Shown one piece after another: positions 9,499 through 18,588 of a stretch of 64,000 nt of DNA. The notes beneath the pieces are model-generated. The model was not told the DNA's origin. It worked only from the letters and a program-made list of their open reading frames with translations, and searched no databases. Origin of the DNA: Candidatus Peribacteria bacterium (GTDB lineage: Bacteria; Patescibacteriota; Gracilibacteria; Peribacterales; Peribacteraceae); the NCBI GenBank assembly GCA_043776335.1, contig JAYVRL010000011.1, forward strand, positions 23,643 through 87,642. The letters run 5' to 3'. The position numbers and the translations under genes were made by a program. Position 1 is the first letter of the stretch, and every line of letters starts with the position of its first letter.

Positions 9499-10890
9499 TC
9501 AGGCCTCTTCCCTCTCGATAGTCGCGCCCAAAGATTTCAATTTCTCTTCCAGACGGTCATAGCCGCGTTCGATGTAGCGGACGTCCGTGACGACCGTTTC
9601 TCCTTCGGCGCAAAGTCCTGCGAGCACCATGGCGGCGCCGGCGCGGATATCGTTGCTGGCGACTTGTCTGCCGCGGAGTTTGGTCGATCCGATGACGAGC
9701 GCCTGATGCGAGTTTAAAATTTCGATTTTGGCGTCCATGCGTTCGAGTTCGTACAAATAGGCCATGCGACCTTCGAAGAGCACTTCGAAGATCCGACTGA
9801 CGCCTTCGGCCTGCGTGAGCAGCACGCCGAACGGCGCTTGCAAATCGGTCGGGAAGCCCGGGAAGATGTTCGTCTGGATCTTCGTGGCGATGAGTTTCGA
9901 TGTTTCTCCGTCAGCCGTCATATCACCGTTTTTGGCCACCGTCACGACCGCACCCGCGCGACGCAGCGCACCAAGGAACGACGTGAGATGCGACGGGTCG
10001 GCGTCATGCACGGTCACTTTTCCTTTCGTCAGAATGCCTGCGAGCAGGAACACGCCCGCTTCCAAATAGTCGGACGTCACTTTATGCATCGCACCTTTGA
10101 GCAGCGTCTTGCCGCCGTGGATCGTCAGCCTGTGTGAACCGATGCCGTCGACGTTTGCACCGCGCTCTGCGATGAAACGGCACACGTCCTGCACGTGCGG
10201 TTCGCCCGCCGCGAGCTCGATCGTCGTCACGCCTTCCGTGATCGCGGCCGCGAGCGCGACGATTTCGGTCGCCGTCACGGAGAATTCTGAGAGCACGACA
10301 TGACTCGCTTTCAACTTTCCCTTTAGGTGCAATTTGTTGTCCGTGCTCAAATCTTTCGCACCCATTTGCGTGAGCGCATCGACGTGGGCGCTGACGGGCC
10401 TTTTGCCCAGCACGCAGCCTCCGGGGTAGCTCATCTCCACTTCGCCGAAGCGCGCGAGCAGAGGCCCGAGAAGCACGATCGATCCGCGCAGCTTCGAGAC
10501 CAAATCATGCGGGATCGGTTTATTGACAATAGAATCCGTATTCACGGTCACCGTCTGTTCGTCGATCTTCACCGTCGCTCCCAAAAATTCCAAAATCGCG
10601 AGCATCGTGACGGTGTCTCGCAGTCGAGGAACATTGTGGAACACCGAATCGCCCGAGCAGAGCACGGATCCCGCGAGGAGCGGCAACGCCGCATTTTTCG
10701 ATCCGCCGATCGACACCGATCCTTTCAATGGAATGCCGCCTTGGATTCGATATTGAACGTTCATATTGAGAGGGTCGGAATGCAGATGTTGAACAACGTC
10801 GTTCGCGTTTGCCGAGGCTTGCGCAAGCGTCTGATTTTCACCGCTTTTCACCGCCGAAGACGCGTGATCGGCACGCTGGAGTCTGGTCAT
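9499..10890 (-). CDS. murA: UDP-N-acetylglucosamine 1-carboxyvinyltransferase
   Basis: IQGGIPLKGSVSIGGSKNAALPLLAGS and a full-length MurA-like sequence. Canonical-length start is ATG 10764. ATG 10890 has TATGAT 6 nt upstream, so it is used as the outer bound. Confidence 0.9.
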   Translation of the reverse strand: MTRLQRADHASSAVKSGENQTLAQASANANDVVQHLHSDPLNMNVQYRIQGGIPLKGSVSIGGSKNAALPLLAGSVLCSGDSVFHNVPRLRDTVTMLAILEFLGATVKIDEQTVTVNTDSIVNKPIPHDLVSKLRGSIVLLGPLLARFGEVEMSYPGGCVLGKRPVSAHVDALTQMGAKDLSTDNKLHLKGKLKASHVVLSEFSVTATEIVALAAAITEGVTTIELAAGEPHVQDVCRFIAERGANVDGIGSHRLTIHGGKTLLKGAMHKVTSDYLEAGVFLLAGILTKGKVTVHDADPSHLTSFLGALRRAGAVVTVAKNGDMTADGETSKLIATKIQTNIFPGFPTDLQAPFGVLLTQAEGVSRIFEVLFEGRMAYLYELERMDAKIEILNSHQALVIGSTKLRGRQVASNDIRAGAAMVLAGLCAEGETVVTDVRYIERGYDRLEEKLKSLGATIEREEA

Positions 10891-10949
10891 GGACGCATCA
10901 TACGCTGACACAGAGTGCAGGACAATCAATGGCTTCGTTCGTGGCTTTT

Positions 10950-11384
10950 TTATGCGGTTTTCTTTCGACTGATCCACCCGTCGACCAGCAAGAGCGCGAC
11001 GCCGATCGTGATGCAGGAATCGGCGACATTGAAGACGGGGAATGTCCCGACGGCGATGAAGTCCGTCACCGTGCCGTCGAGGAATCGATCGATCAGATTC
11101 GCGATCGCTCCACCGAAGATGATGCCGTAGGCGACGGACGAGAGGCGCGTGAGTTTGGATGTGATCGCGAGCATGAAGACGGCCGCAAGCGCGCCGAGGA
11201 TCACGATTTCTTGCCACGGAGAGGGAATGTGAATGCCGAAGGCGATGCCCGCATTTTTCGAAAGGGAAAAACGAACGAACGAACCGAGGATCGGCACCGA
11301 AGACGTGAGCCACGCACTCGCCGCGAAATCGATCGCGAGAGAGAGTGCGCACGAAGTCAGGGCGACAGAGATCAGAATCATCAT
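10950..11384 (-). CDS. lspA: Lipoprotein signal peptidase II
   Basis: NAGIAFG, IIFGGAIANLIDR and FPVFNVADSCITIG motifs. ATG 11384 has TAGACT 7 nt upstream; TTG 11420 is the alternative. Confidence 0.85.
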   Translation of the reverse strand: MMILISVALTSCALSLAIDFAASAWLTSSVPILGSFVRFSLSKNAGIAFGIHIPSPWQEIVILGALAAVFMLAITSKLTRLSSVAYGIIFGGAIANLIDRFLDGTVTDFIAVGTFPVFNVADSCITIGVALLLVDGWISRKKTA

Positions 11385-11465
11385 CACACTCAGTCTAGGT
11401 GAGGTTTCAGACCCTTCCAATGAAGACTCTTCTCACCGCGCGGACGGGGGTATGATACGTGCCTC

Positions 11466-12677
11466 ATGTTCAAGCGTGCAGATTTTCTTCTCCTCGGCAT
11501 TGCGCTGGGTCTCAGCCTTTTCGGACTCGCGATGATCGCGAGCGTCAGCGTGTATCAGAGCTATCAGCTCACGCAGAGATTCGTGGATGCGGGCACATGG
11601 CTGGCTCCGTCGAATTCTTTTTATTTGTGGCGCAGCTTTCTTCATATGTTGTTCGCGCTCGGAGCGCTCGCGGCAGCCATGCTCATTCCGTATCACTTTT
11701 GGGAGAAACATGCGCGCACGCTCTTTCTCGTGAACATGGCGCTCCTCATTTCACTGTTCATCCCCGGCCTCGGCAACGGATACGGAACGGCTCAAAGCTG
11801 GCTCCAGTTCTCGATTTTCTCGGTTCAGCCGTCGGAATTTCTGAAACTTTCACTCGTGTTCTATCTCGCCGTGTGGTTGCAGAAAAAAGAATCGCTCATC
11901 GGCACGTTTCAAGAGGGATTCGTTCCGTTCGTCGTGCTCCTGTGTCTCTCGACGTTTCTCGTCGCGGTGCAGCCCGATCTCGGAGGGTTCCTCGTGTTCA
12001 CGTCGATCGCGACGACGATGTTTTTCGTCGCGGGCGGCAATCTCTTTCATTTGCTGCTCGGCGCCGCGTCGGCGGGTCTGCTCGGTTTGCCCGTGATCTT
12101 GAACAAGGAATACATCCGCAATCGTTTCACGGTGTTCATTCACATTTTGATGAAGCCCGATGACCAGACCTATCGCGAGGGGATCGGTTTTCAGGTGTAT
12201 CAAGCCCTCATCGCCATCGGTTCGGGCGGACTCTTCGGCGTCGGCTACGGGAAATCGATTCAAAAATTCGGCTACTTGCCCGAAGTGCAATCCGACACGA
12301 TCTTCGCGGCGATGGCCGAGGAGCTCGGCTTTCTTCGCCTTCTGATCGTTCTCGGACTTTACGCGATTCTGATTTATCGAGGCTATCGCATCGCGCGTCA
12401 CGCGCCCGACAGATTCGGCCTTCTGGTCGCCACGGGCATCACCACCGGCATCGCGTTTCAGACGCTGCTGAATATTTGCGTGAATTTATCACTCTTTCCG
12501 ATCACCGGACTCACGTTGCCGTTCATCAGTTACGGCGGTTCATCGCTGCTGACCACGCTTGCGGGCATCGGCATTCTTTTGAATATTTCGATGCACTCGA
12601 CGCAGGAAGACGTCTCGATTCGTCGTCGCACGCGAGAATCGCATCTTGGCTCTCTGAAGCGCTTCATCCACAGTTGA
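11466..12677 (+). CDS. ftsW: SEDS-family peptidoglycan polymerase (FtsW/RodA)
   Basis: Multi-TM protein with PSEFLKLSLVFYLA, LPEVQSDTIFAAMAEELG and LPFISYGGSS. Adjacent to murG. Confidence 0.88.
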   Translation: MFKRADFLLLGIALGLSLFGLAMIASVSVYQSYQLTQRFVDAGTWLAPSNSFYLWRSFLHMLFALGALAAAMLIPYHFWEKHARTLFLVNMALLISLFIPGLGNGYGTAQSWLQFSIFSVQPSEFLKLSLVFYLAVWLQKKESLIGTFQEGFVPFVVLLCLSTFLVAVQPDLGGFLVFTSIATTMFFVAGGNLFHLLLGAASAGLLGLPVILNKEYIRNRFTVFIHILMKPDDQTYREGIGFQVYQALIAIGSGGLFGVGYGKSIQKFGYLPEVQSDTIFAAMAEELGFLRLLIVLGLYAILIYRGYRIARHAPDRFGLLVATGITTGIAFQTLLNICVNLSLFPITGLTLPFISYGGSSLLTTLAGIGILLNISMHSTQEDVSIRRRTRESHLGSLKRFIHS

Positions 12678-12680
12678 TCC

Positions 12681-13769
12681 ATGACTCCGAAGACCATTCT
12701 TTTCGTCGGCGGGGGCAGTCTGGGGCACGTGGCTCCGTGCGTCGCAGTGGCTTCGGTCGTTGGCACGAGGGCGCCGGTCCGCACGGTTTTCGTCTGCGCC
12801 GATCGCGAAGAAGAGACGGCGTTTCTCGCGCATGCGAAGGTTCCGTTTCACACGCTTCGTGCGCCGAAATTTCCGCGCATGATGTCCTTCGCCGCGCTCG
12901 CGTTTCCATTCACATTTTTCATCGCGTTCTGGCAGGCGAAAAAAATCATTGAAACCGAATCCCCCGACCTCGTGTTCTCGAAAGGCGGGTACGTCAGCGT
13001 GCCGGTGTGTCTCGTGGCGAAGTGGAAAAACATTCCCATCGTGTTGCATGAATCCGACAGCGTCATGGGCATGAGCACGCTTCTCATCGCGAAGTGGGCG
13101 CGGACGATCTGCACGGGATTCAAGGATATCGCGGTGCCGTCGTCGATCGCTTCCAAAGTCGTGCACACGGGCAATCCCGTTCGAGCCGTCGTCGCGCACG
13201 GCTCGGAATCCGCAGGACAGCGCATCACAGGATTTTCCGGTCGTCGTCCGGTCGTGATGATCATCGGTGGCAGTCAGGGGTCGCTCGCGATCAATCAGGC
13301 TGTCGAGAAGTCTCTCGGCGCTCTCATTGATCTGGCTGACATCATTCACCTCACGGGAAAAGGAAAAGAAATCCCCGTCAGTCATGCGAGATATTTCGCT
13401 CGCCCGACGGTGATCGAAGAATTGCCGCATCTGTATGCGCTTTCCGATCTCATCATTTCCCGTTCGGGAGCCGGCGTGTTGTCCGAATTGGCGATGCTCC
13501 GAAAACCAGTGATCACGATTCCGCTCGAAGGTGTCGCGCACGATCATCAGGTGAAGAATGCCGAGGCGCTGGTTGCATTGAACGCGGTCGTGCTCCTTGA
13601 GCAAGAAGAACTGCAGACGCTCGCGGAGTGCGTTCGCGAACTGCTCTCGGATGACGCGAAACGAACATCGCTCGGTTTGTCTCTTGCCGCAGCCTTCCCC
13701 GTTGATGCGTCTGAGAGAATCGCCGCCATCCTCCTTGCACCCGCTTCCGACTCGAGCATACAATCCTGA
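12681..13769 (+). CDS. murG: Undecaprenyldiphospho-muramoylpentapeptide beta-N-acetylglucosaminyltransferase
   Basis: GGGSLGHVAPCVAVA, GGSQGS and SRSGAGVLSELA motifs. Confidence 0.9.
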   Translation: MTPKTILFVGGGSLGHVAPCVAVASVVGTRAPVRTVFVCADREEETAFLAHAKVPFHTLRAPKFPRMMSFAALAFPFTFFIAFWQAKKIIETESPDLVFSKGGYVSVPVCLVAKWKNIPIVLHESDSVMGMSTLLIAKWARTICTGFKDIAVPSSIASKVVHTGNPVRAVVAHGSESAGQRITGFSGRRPVVMIIGGSQGSLAINQAVEKSLGALIDLADIIHLTGKGKEIPVSHARYFARPTVIEELPHLYALSDLIISRSGAGVLSELAMLRKPVITIPLEGVAHDHQVKNAEALVALNAVVLLEQEELQTLAECVRELLSDDAKRTSLGLSLAAAFPVDASERIAAILLAPASDSSIQS

Positions 13770-13791
13770 CCCGCTCTTCCCCTTCATTTTT

Positions 13792-14448
13792 ATGCGAAAG
13801 ACAGTTTCTTCAATCGCCGCCGTTCTCACCGCAGCTTCTTTGTCCGCATGCGGCTCGGCGCCTACGCCCGTTGACACGACTCCTCCTCCAGTTTCTTCCT
13901 CCTCCATTCCCATGGCCATGCACTCATCCGTCTCCGCTCCGGCGTGGGATGGCAAGCTTCTGAAAGGCAAGCAGATCGTTGTTCTCAAAACCAGCAAGGG
14001 TGACATCACGCTCGAGCTCAACGCCGATGCCGCGCCGAAGACCGTCACGAATTTCGTGACACTCGCGCAGTCCGGTTATTACGACAATCTGACGTTCCAC
14101 CGTGTCATCCCAGGATTCATGATTCAGGGCGGCGATCCGACCGGCAACGGCACGGGCGGCAAGAGCATTTACGGCGAGATGTTCGAGGATGAGATCAAGG
14201 CTGATTCCGCTCTCTACAAGACGGGATACAAAGCCGGTGTCATCGCGATGGCGAACCGCGGAGCGAACACGAACGGCAGTCAATTCTTCATCATGGACAA
14301 GGATTATCCGCTCCCGCCGAATTATGTGATTTTCGGACACGCAACGTCAGGACTGGATGTCGTGCACGCCATCGCGGCGGTTGATCGCGATTCGAGCAAT
14401 GACATGCCGACGACGCCTGTGACATTCACGATGAAAGTGCAGAAATAA
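13792..14448 (+). CDS. Cyclophilin-type peptidyl-prolyl isomerase, lipoprotein
   Basis: Lipobox LSAC after MRKTVSSIAAVLTAAS. Cyclophilin signature FHRVIPGFMIQGGDPTGNGTGG and NTNGSQFFI. Confidence 0.9.
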   Translation: MRKTVSSIAAVLTAASLSACGSAPTPVDTTPPPVSSSSIPMAMHSSVSAPAWDGKLLKGKQIVVLKTSKGDITLELNADAAPKTVTNFVTLAQSGYYDNLTFHRVIPGFMIQGGDPTGNGTGGKSIYGEMFEDEIKADSALYKTGYKAGVIAMANRGANTNGSQFFIMDKDYPLPPNYVIFGHATSGLDVVHAIAAVDRDSSNDMPTTPVTFTMKVQK

Positions 14449-14472
14449 GGCATCTTCCGCCGTTTGTTGAAG

Positions 14473-14506
14473 CGACTTCTGCTACGATTCGGCAGAAGTC
14501 GTTTTC
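14473..14506 (+). terminator. Rho-independent terminator after the PPIase gene
   Basis: cgacttctgc-tacgattcg-gcagaagtcg (10-bp stem) followed by ttttcg. It ends 3 nt before the gltX ATG, and the loop contains TACGAT. Confidence 0.6.
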
Positions 14507-14508
14507 GT

Positions 14509-15969
14509 ATGCGCACTCGTTTCGCCCCCTCTCCCACAGGCTTTCTCCACGTCGGCGCTTTGCGTACGGCGCTTTTCGCGTGGCTCGTGGCCAAGAAAAC
14601 CGGTTCCGCGTTCACGCTCCGCATCGAGGATACGGATCAGGCGCGCGAGGTTGCGGGCGCGACTGAGAACATCATCCGTACACTCACCTTGGCCGGTATT
14701 CCGCCCGACGAAGGCGTGATGCTCGATGCGAACGGCGAGTTGATGGAGAAGGGCGCGTACGGTCCGTATCACCAGTCGAAACGTTTGGATGTGTACAAGA
14801 AACATCTCGATCAGTTGCTCGCGTCGGGCCATGCGTATCATTGTTTTTGCACGAGCGAACGACTCGACGTGATGCGCAAAAAACAGCAGGAACTTCGTCA
14901 AGCGCCGATGTACGATCGCATGTGTGTCGACTTGCCGAAAGAGGAAGTGCGTCGTCGCATCGCGGCGGGCGAGAAGCACGTGATCCGCATGAAAGTGCCT
15001 CATGAAGAAACGATCGCGTATGACGATGAGATTTACGGTGCGCTCAGTTTCAAAGGATATACGGTGGACGATCAAGTGCTCCTGAAATCCGACGGATTTC
15101 CGACGTATCATCTCGCGCATGTCGTCGACGATCATCTGATGAAGACCGACATGGTCATCAGGGGCGAAGAGTGGTTGTCGTCGCTTCCGAAACATTTGCT
15201 CCTCTTCAAATTTTTCGGCTGGACGGAGCCGAAATACGCGCATGTGCCGCTTCTGCTGAACAAGGATCGCACGAAGCTCAGCAAGCGTCAGAATGACGTC
15301 GCGGCCGAAGATTATTTCACGAAGGGCTACTTGCCCGAGGCGCTCATCAACTTTTTGGCGCTTCTTGGATGGAATCCCGGCACGACGCAGGAACTTTTTT
15401 CCGTGCCCGAGCTCATCGAGGCGTTCAGCTTGGATCACGTGCACAAATCCGGTGCAGTGTTCGATCTCGAGAAGCTCGATTGGCTTCAGGGCCAGTGGAT
15501 GCGTCGCATTCCCGTTGAGAATTTCGTCAGTCGCATCAAAGATCTCGTGGTGGAGAAATTTCCCGCTGCGGCGAAAGATCTGGATTTTGCGAAGCGCGCG
15601 GCATTGATCCAAGAGCGCATCACGTTTTTTCCGGAGGCGCCGGAGATGCTCGGGTATTTCTATGAAACACCGAAGCCGACGATCGAGCTGATCGCGAGTC
15701 CGAAACAAAAAATCGCGGCCGAGGATGTGCCGAAAATTCTCTCTCTTCTTTCGGAGAAACTTTCATCGATCGCGGGAAAAGAGTGGTCGTACGAAACGAT
15801 CGTCGCTGTGTTGGAGCCTGCGATCGTGGCTTCAGGATTCAAGAAAGGACAGATGCTCTGGCCGCTTAGGGCAGCGCTTACGGGTCGCGAATATTCCCCC
15901 GGCGCGTACGAGGTGGCGGCGCTCCTCGGCAAAGAGGAGACGCTGAAGCGACTGAAAGCGGTTGCGTAG
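14509..15969 (+). CDS. gltX: Glutamate--tRNA ligase
   Basis: RFAPSPTGFLHVGALRTALF (HIGH region) and TKLSKRQ (KMSKS). Confidence 0.93.
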   Translation: MRTRFAPSPTGFLHVGALRTALFAWLVAKKTGSAFTLRIEDTDQAREVAGATENIIRTLTLAGIPPDEGVMLDANGELMEKGAYGPYHQSKRLDVYKKHLDQLLASGHAYHCFCTSERLDVMRKKQQELRQAPMYDRMCVDLPKEEVRRRIAAGEKHVIRMKVPHEETIAYDDEIYGALSFKGYTVDDQVLLKSDGFPTYHLAHVVDDHLMKTDMVIRGEEWLSSLPKHLLLFKFFGWTEPKYAHVPLLLNKDRTKLSKRQNDVAAEDYFTKGYLPEALINFLALLGWNPGTTQELFSVPELIEAFSLDHVHKSGAVFDLEKLDWLQGQWMRRIPVENFVSRIKDLVVEKFPAAAKDLDFAKRAALIQERITFFPEAPEMLGYFYETPKPTIELIASPKQKIAAEDVPKILSLLSEKLSSIAGKEWSYETIVAVLEPAIVASGFKKGQMLWPLRAALTGREYSPGAYEVAALLGKEETLKRLKAVA

Positions 15970-15978
15970 CCCGATCTC

Positions 15979-15987
15979 TGGTACACT
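15979..15987 (+). promoter_or_regulatory. Extended -10 (TGgTACACT) 9 nt upstream of ATG 15997
   Basis: tctggTACACTcctctccatATG. No SD is present. Confidence 0.45.
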
Positions 15988-15996
15988 CCTCTCCAT

Positions 15997-16452
15997 ATGG
16001 ATGAAGTCGAAGTCGAGATCAATAACAGCGGCGGGAAGGCGATCATTGAGGGTAAGACATCGATCCCCTTCAAGACCTTCGTGAGTTTGGTGCTCCAGCG
16101 CAAGGTGCAGGCCATCTTCAAGAAGTGTCAGGACGAACCCGTGATCGTGAGCAGCGAACTGTTGACGTCTCTTGCCAGTGCTCCGAACGACCGTCAGGAA
16201 GACAAAGGAAAACTCGTGATCGTCACGATCGGCGTCGGTATTTTGCTCGGCGCATTTTTCACGATCGCGCTCTTCGCGATCCTTATTTTGTTTGGCATTC
16301 ATCCCGAGCTCAAGGATCTCGGCATCGCACTCGGATCGTTGGCCTTCGTCGGCGTCGTGCTCGTGATTCTTCAGAGCACGCAGAAGAAGAGCGGATTCAA
16401 AGAGAAGTTGTACGAATCGATGGAGAAGGTCACTGACCTGATCGCGAGATAG
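15997..16452 (+). CDS. Hypothetical membrane protein
   Basis: Two hydrophobic helices (LVIVTIGVGILLGAFFTIALFAILILF and GIALGSLAFVGVVLVIL). GC3-rich. Abuts murB. No family recognised. Confidence 0.6.
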   Translation: MDEVEVEINNSGGKAIIEGKTSIPFKTFVSLVLQRKVQAIFKKCQDEPVIVSSELLTSLASAPNDRQEDKGKLVIVTIGVGILLGAFFTIALFAILILFGIHPELKDLGIALGSLAFVGVVLVILQSTQKKSGFKEKLYESMEKVTDLIAR

Positions 16453-17319
16453 ATGGAGGTCCGCGAGTCCTTCGCCTTGCGGCCCAAGACCACGATGCGC
16501 ATCGGTGGCACGGCTCGGTATTTCGCCGATCTTCTGAGTCGGGCAGACATCGAAGAGAGCATCGCGTTCGCTCGCAAATGCAAAGTGCCGCTCTTGCCGC
16601 TTGGCAGCGGTTCCAACACGATTTTCGACGATGCGGAAATCCAAGCGCTCGTCGTGCAGATCAAGCACGAAGCCGTGAAGATCGACGGAGTGCGCGTCAC
16701 GGTCGGCGCGGGAAAAAATCTTGCGATGTTGATCAACGAACTCGCGGAACAGGGATTGGATTTGTCGGCTCTCACGGGCATCCCCGGCACGATCGGAGGC
16801 GCGATCGTCGGCAATGCGGGGCAGGGTCACAGCGGGATCTGGATCGATTCGTTCGTCGAGTCCGTCACGGCGTACGTCGAAGACGAGTGGAGGACGTTTT
16901 CGAAAGCAGAGTGCGGTTTCGCGTATCGCGAAAGTTTGTTCAAGCATTCCATCGGACCGATCGTGATTTTCGAAGTCGTGCTGACGATTCCTTTCGGCGA
17001 CGCGAAGACGATCAAGAACACCGTTCAAACGTTGCTGCAGAAACGCATCGAGGCGCAGCCGCATTTGAAGACCGCGGGATCTTGTTTCAAGTCCGTCGGG
17101 AACACGCCCGCGTGGAAATTGATCGACGCCGCGGGACTCCGAGGACTCAAAATCGGCGACGTGGAGATCTCGCCGAAGCATGCGAATTTCCTCATGAATA
17201 TCGGCGAAGGGACGTTTTTGAATGCCGTACAAGTCGTCGAACATGTCAGAGCCAAGGTTCCTGAAAAATTGGATGTCGAAATGCGCTTCATTCAATTCGA
17301 TGGAACTGCGAAGTTTTGA
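16453..17319 (+). CDS. murB: UDP-N-acetylmuramate dehydrogenase
   Basis: TMRIGGTARYF, PLLPLGSGSN, GIPGTIGGAIVGNAG and ISPKHANFL. Confidence 0.9.
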   Translation: MEVRESFALRPKTTMRIGGTARYFADLLSRADIEESIAFARKCKVPLLPLGSGSNTIFDDAEIQALVVQIKHEAVKIDGVRVTVGAGKNLAMLINELAEQGLDLSALTGIPGTIGGAIVGNAGQGHSGIWIDSFVESVTAYVEDEWRTFSKAECGFAYRESLFKHSIGPIVIFEVVLTIPFGDAKTIKNTVQTLLQKRIEAQPHLKTAGSCFKSVGNTPAWKLIDAAGLRGLKIGDVEISPKHANFLMNIGEGTFLNAVQVVEHVRAKVPEKLDVEMRFIQFDGTAKF

Positions 17320-17335
17320 GGTCTAGCATCAGCTC

Positions 17336-17524
17336 ATGCATGAGTCTCCCGAGGCTTCGGAAACTTCGCGCATCGAGCATTCTCCGGCCCAGAACGGCGC
17401 GGAAGATTGGAAAGACTGGTCAGCACTTCCTCAGCTAGATCCGAGGCATCTTCGGAAGTTTTACGAGTGGAAACTGAAGCGACAAACAATCGAAGAACCC
17501 CCGTCTCGAATGGGCGGGGGTTGA
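17336..17524 (+). CDS. Small hypothetical protein (62 aa)
   Basis: TAGCAT (17324-17329) lies 6 nt upstream of the ATG. A terminator hairpin overlaps the 3' end. No homology recognised. Confidence 0.4.
   Translation: MHESPEASETSRIEHSPAQNGAEDWKDWSALPQLDPRHLRKFYEWKLKRQTIEEPPSRMGGG
17496..17522. terminator. Hairpin between the small ORF/murB (+) and ssb (-)
   Basis: aacccccg-tctcgaatggg-cgggggtt, followed by gatcgttt. Confidence 0.5.
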
Positions 17525-17547
17525 TCGTTTGAAGTGCGGAGAGTGGC

Positions 17548-18399
17548 CTAGAACGGCAAGTCTTCCGCTTTGATCTCGGATTCATATTTGATCTCGGGCA
17601 TCGAAGCTGCGCCGACTGAGGCACCGACGGGTGCGGCGGACGAACGCGGCATGCTTGAGCCTTCGGATGACATCGCGCTCATGGCCTCAACGCTGCGTTG
17701 GCCGAGGAGCGTGACTTGATCCGCGATGATCTCGGTCGTCGCGCGCTTGGAGCCTTCTTTCGTCTCCCACGTGCGCGTTTGGACGCGACCGGCGACGAAG
17801 ACGCGCTGACCTTTTTTCACGGATTGCTGGACGGCTTTCGCGAGGTCGCCCCAGATGACGACGTTGTGGAACTCGGCGCGCTCTTTCATTTCGCCGGAGG
17901 CTTTGTCTTTCCACTTTTCATTCGTGGCGACTCCGATCGTGAGCACGCTCTGACCGCCGGTCGTCGTGCGCATCTCGGGTTCGCGCGTCACGTTGCCGAT
18001 GACTTCGGCGCGGTTCAGATAATTGAGCAACGGCGCGGCGCTTGCGGGAGCCTCGGATTGGCCGTCTTTCGGATCGAGCATGATGAGATCCATCGCAACG
18101 ATTTTCGTCTTGCTGCGCTTTTCTTTCGTTTTCTCGTCATCCCAGCTGTCCGTCTGGAGACGACCGGAGACGAAGAGCTGCGAGCCCGCACGGACATATT
18201 GTCCGGCGACATCGGCCATGCTGCCCCAGACCGTGACGGTGTGGAAACTTTTGCCTTGGATGGCGTCTCCTTTCGTCGAGAGGAAGGAATACGGAACGAC
18301 GATATTCAAATCGGTCACGCTGGCGCCGCCGGGCGTTTGGCGGAGAGTGACGGGTTGTGTCTGGTAGCCGATGATTTCTACTCTGTTGAGTGAGAACAT
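17548..18399 (-). CDS. ssb: Single-stranded DNA-binding protein with two tandem OB folds
   Basis: Two SSB-like modules (NRVEIIGYQTQ...FHTVTVWG...VSGRLQTDSW and NRAEVIGNVTR...FHNVVIWG...VAGRVQTRTWE) plus an acidic tail ending EDLPF. The 654-aa track ORF is an antisense run-on; the true start is ATG 18399. Confidence 0.88.
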   Translation of the reverse strand: MFSLNRVEIIGYQTQPVTLRQTPGGASVTDLNIVVPYSFLSTKGDAIQGKSFHTVTVWGSMADVAGQYVRAGSQLFVSGRLQTDSWDDEKTKEKRSKTKIVAMDLIMLDPKDGQSEAPASAAPLLNYLNRAEVIGNVTREPEMRTTTGGQSVLTIGVATNEKWKDKASGEMKERAEFHNVVIWGDLAKAVQQSVKKGQRVFVAGRVQTRTWETKEGSKRATTEIIADQVTLLGQRSVEAMSAMSSEGSSMPRSSAAPVGASVGAASMPEIKYESEIKAEDLPF

Positions 18400-18588
18400 C
18401 ACTGAGTGGGGAATGGAAGTAAAGGAGGCTGTTGGGCCGTGTTCGGGAATCCGAACGTGAACGAACGTACACCCTTGGATTTTCATGCACAATCGAAACC
18501 GATTGATGAAAAATATTTTTAGTTTTTGATAGTACTTTTTTGGAGTCGCGCGCGTAGGTCTCTGCGGAAAAGTGCAGTACACTCTGAT

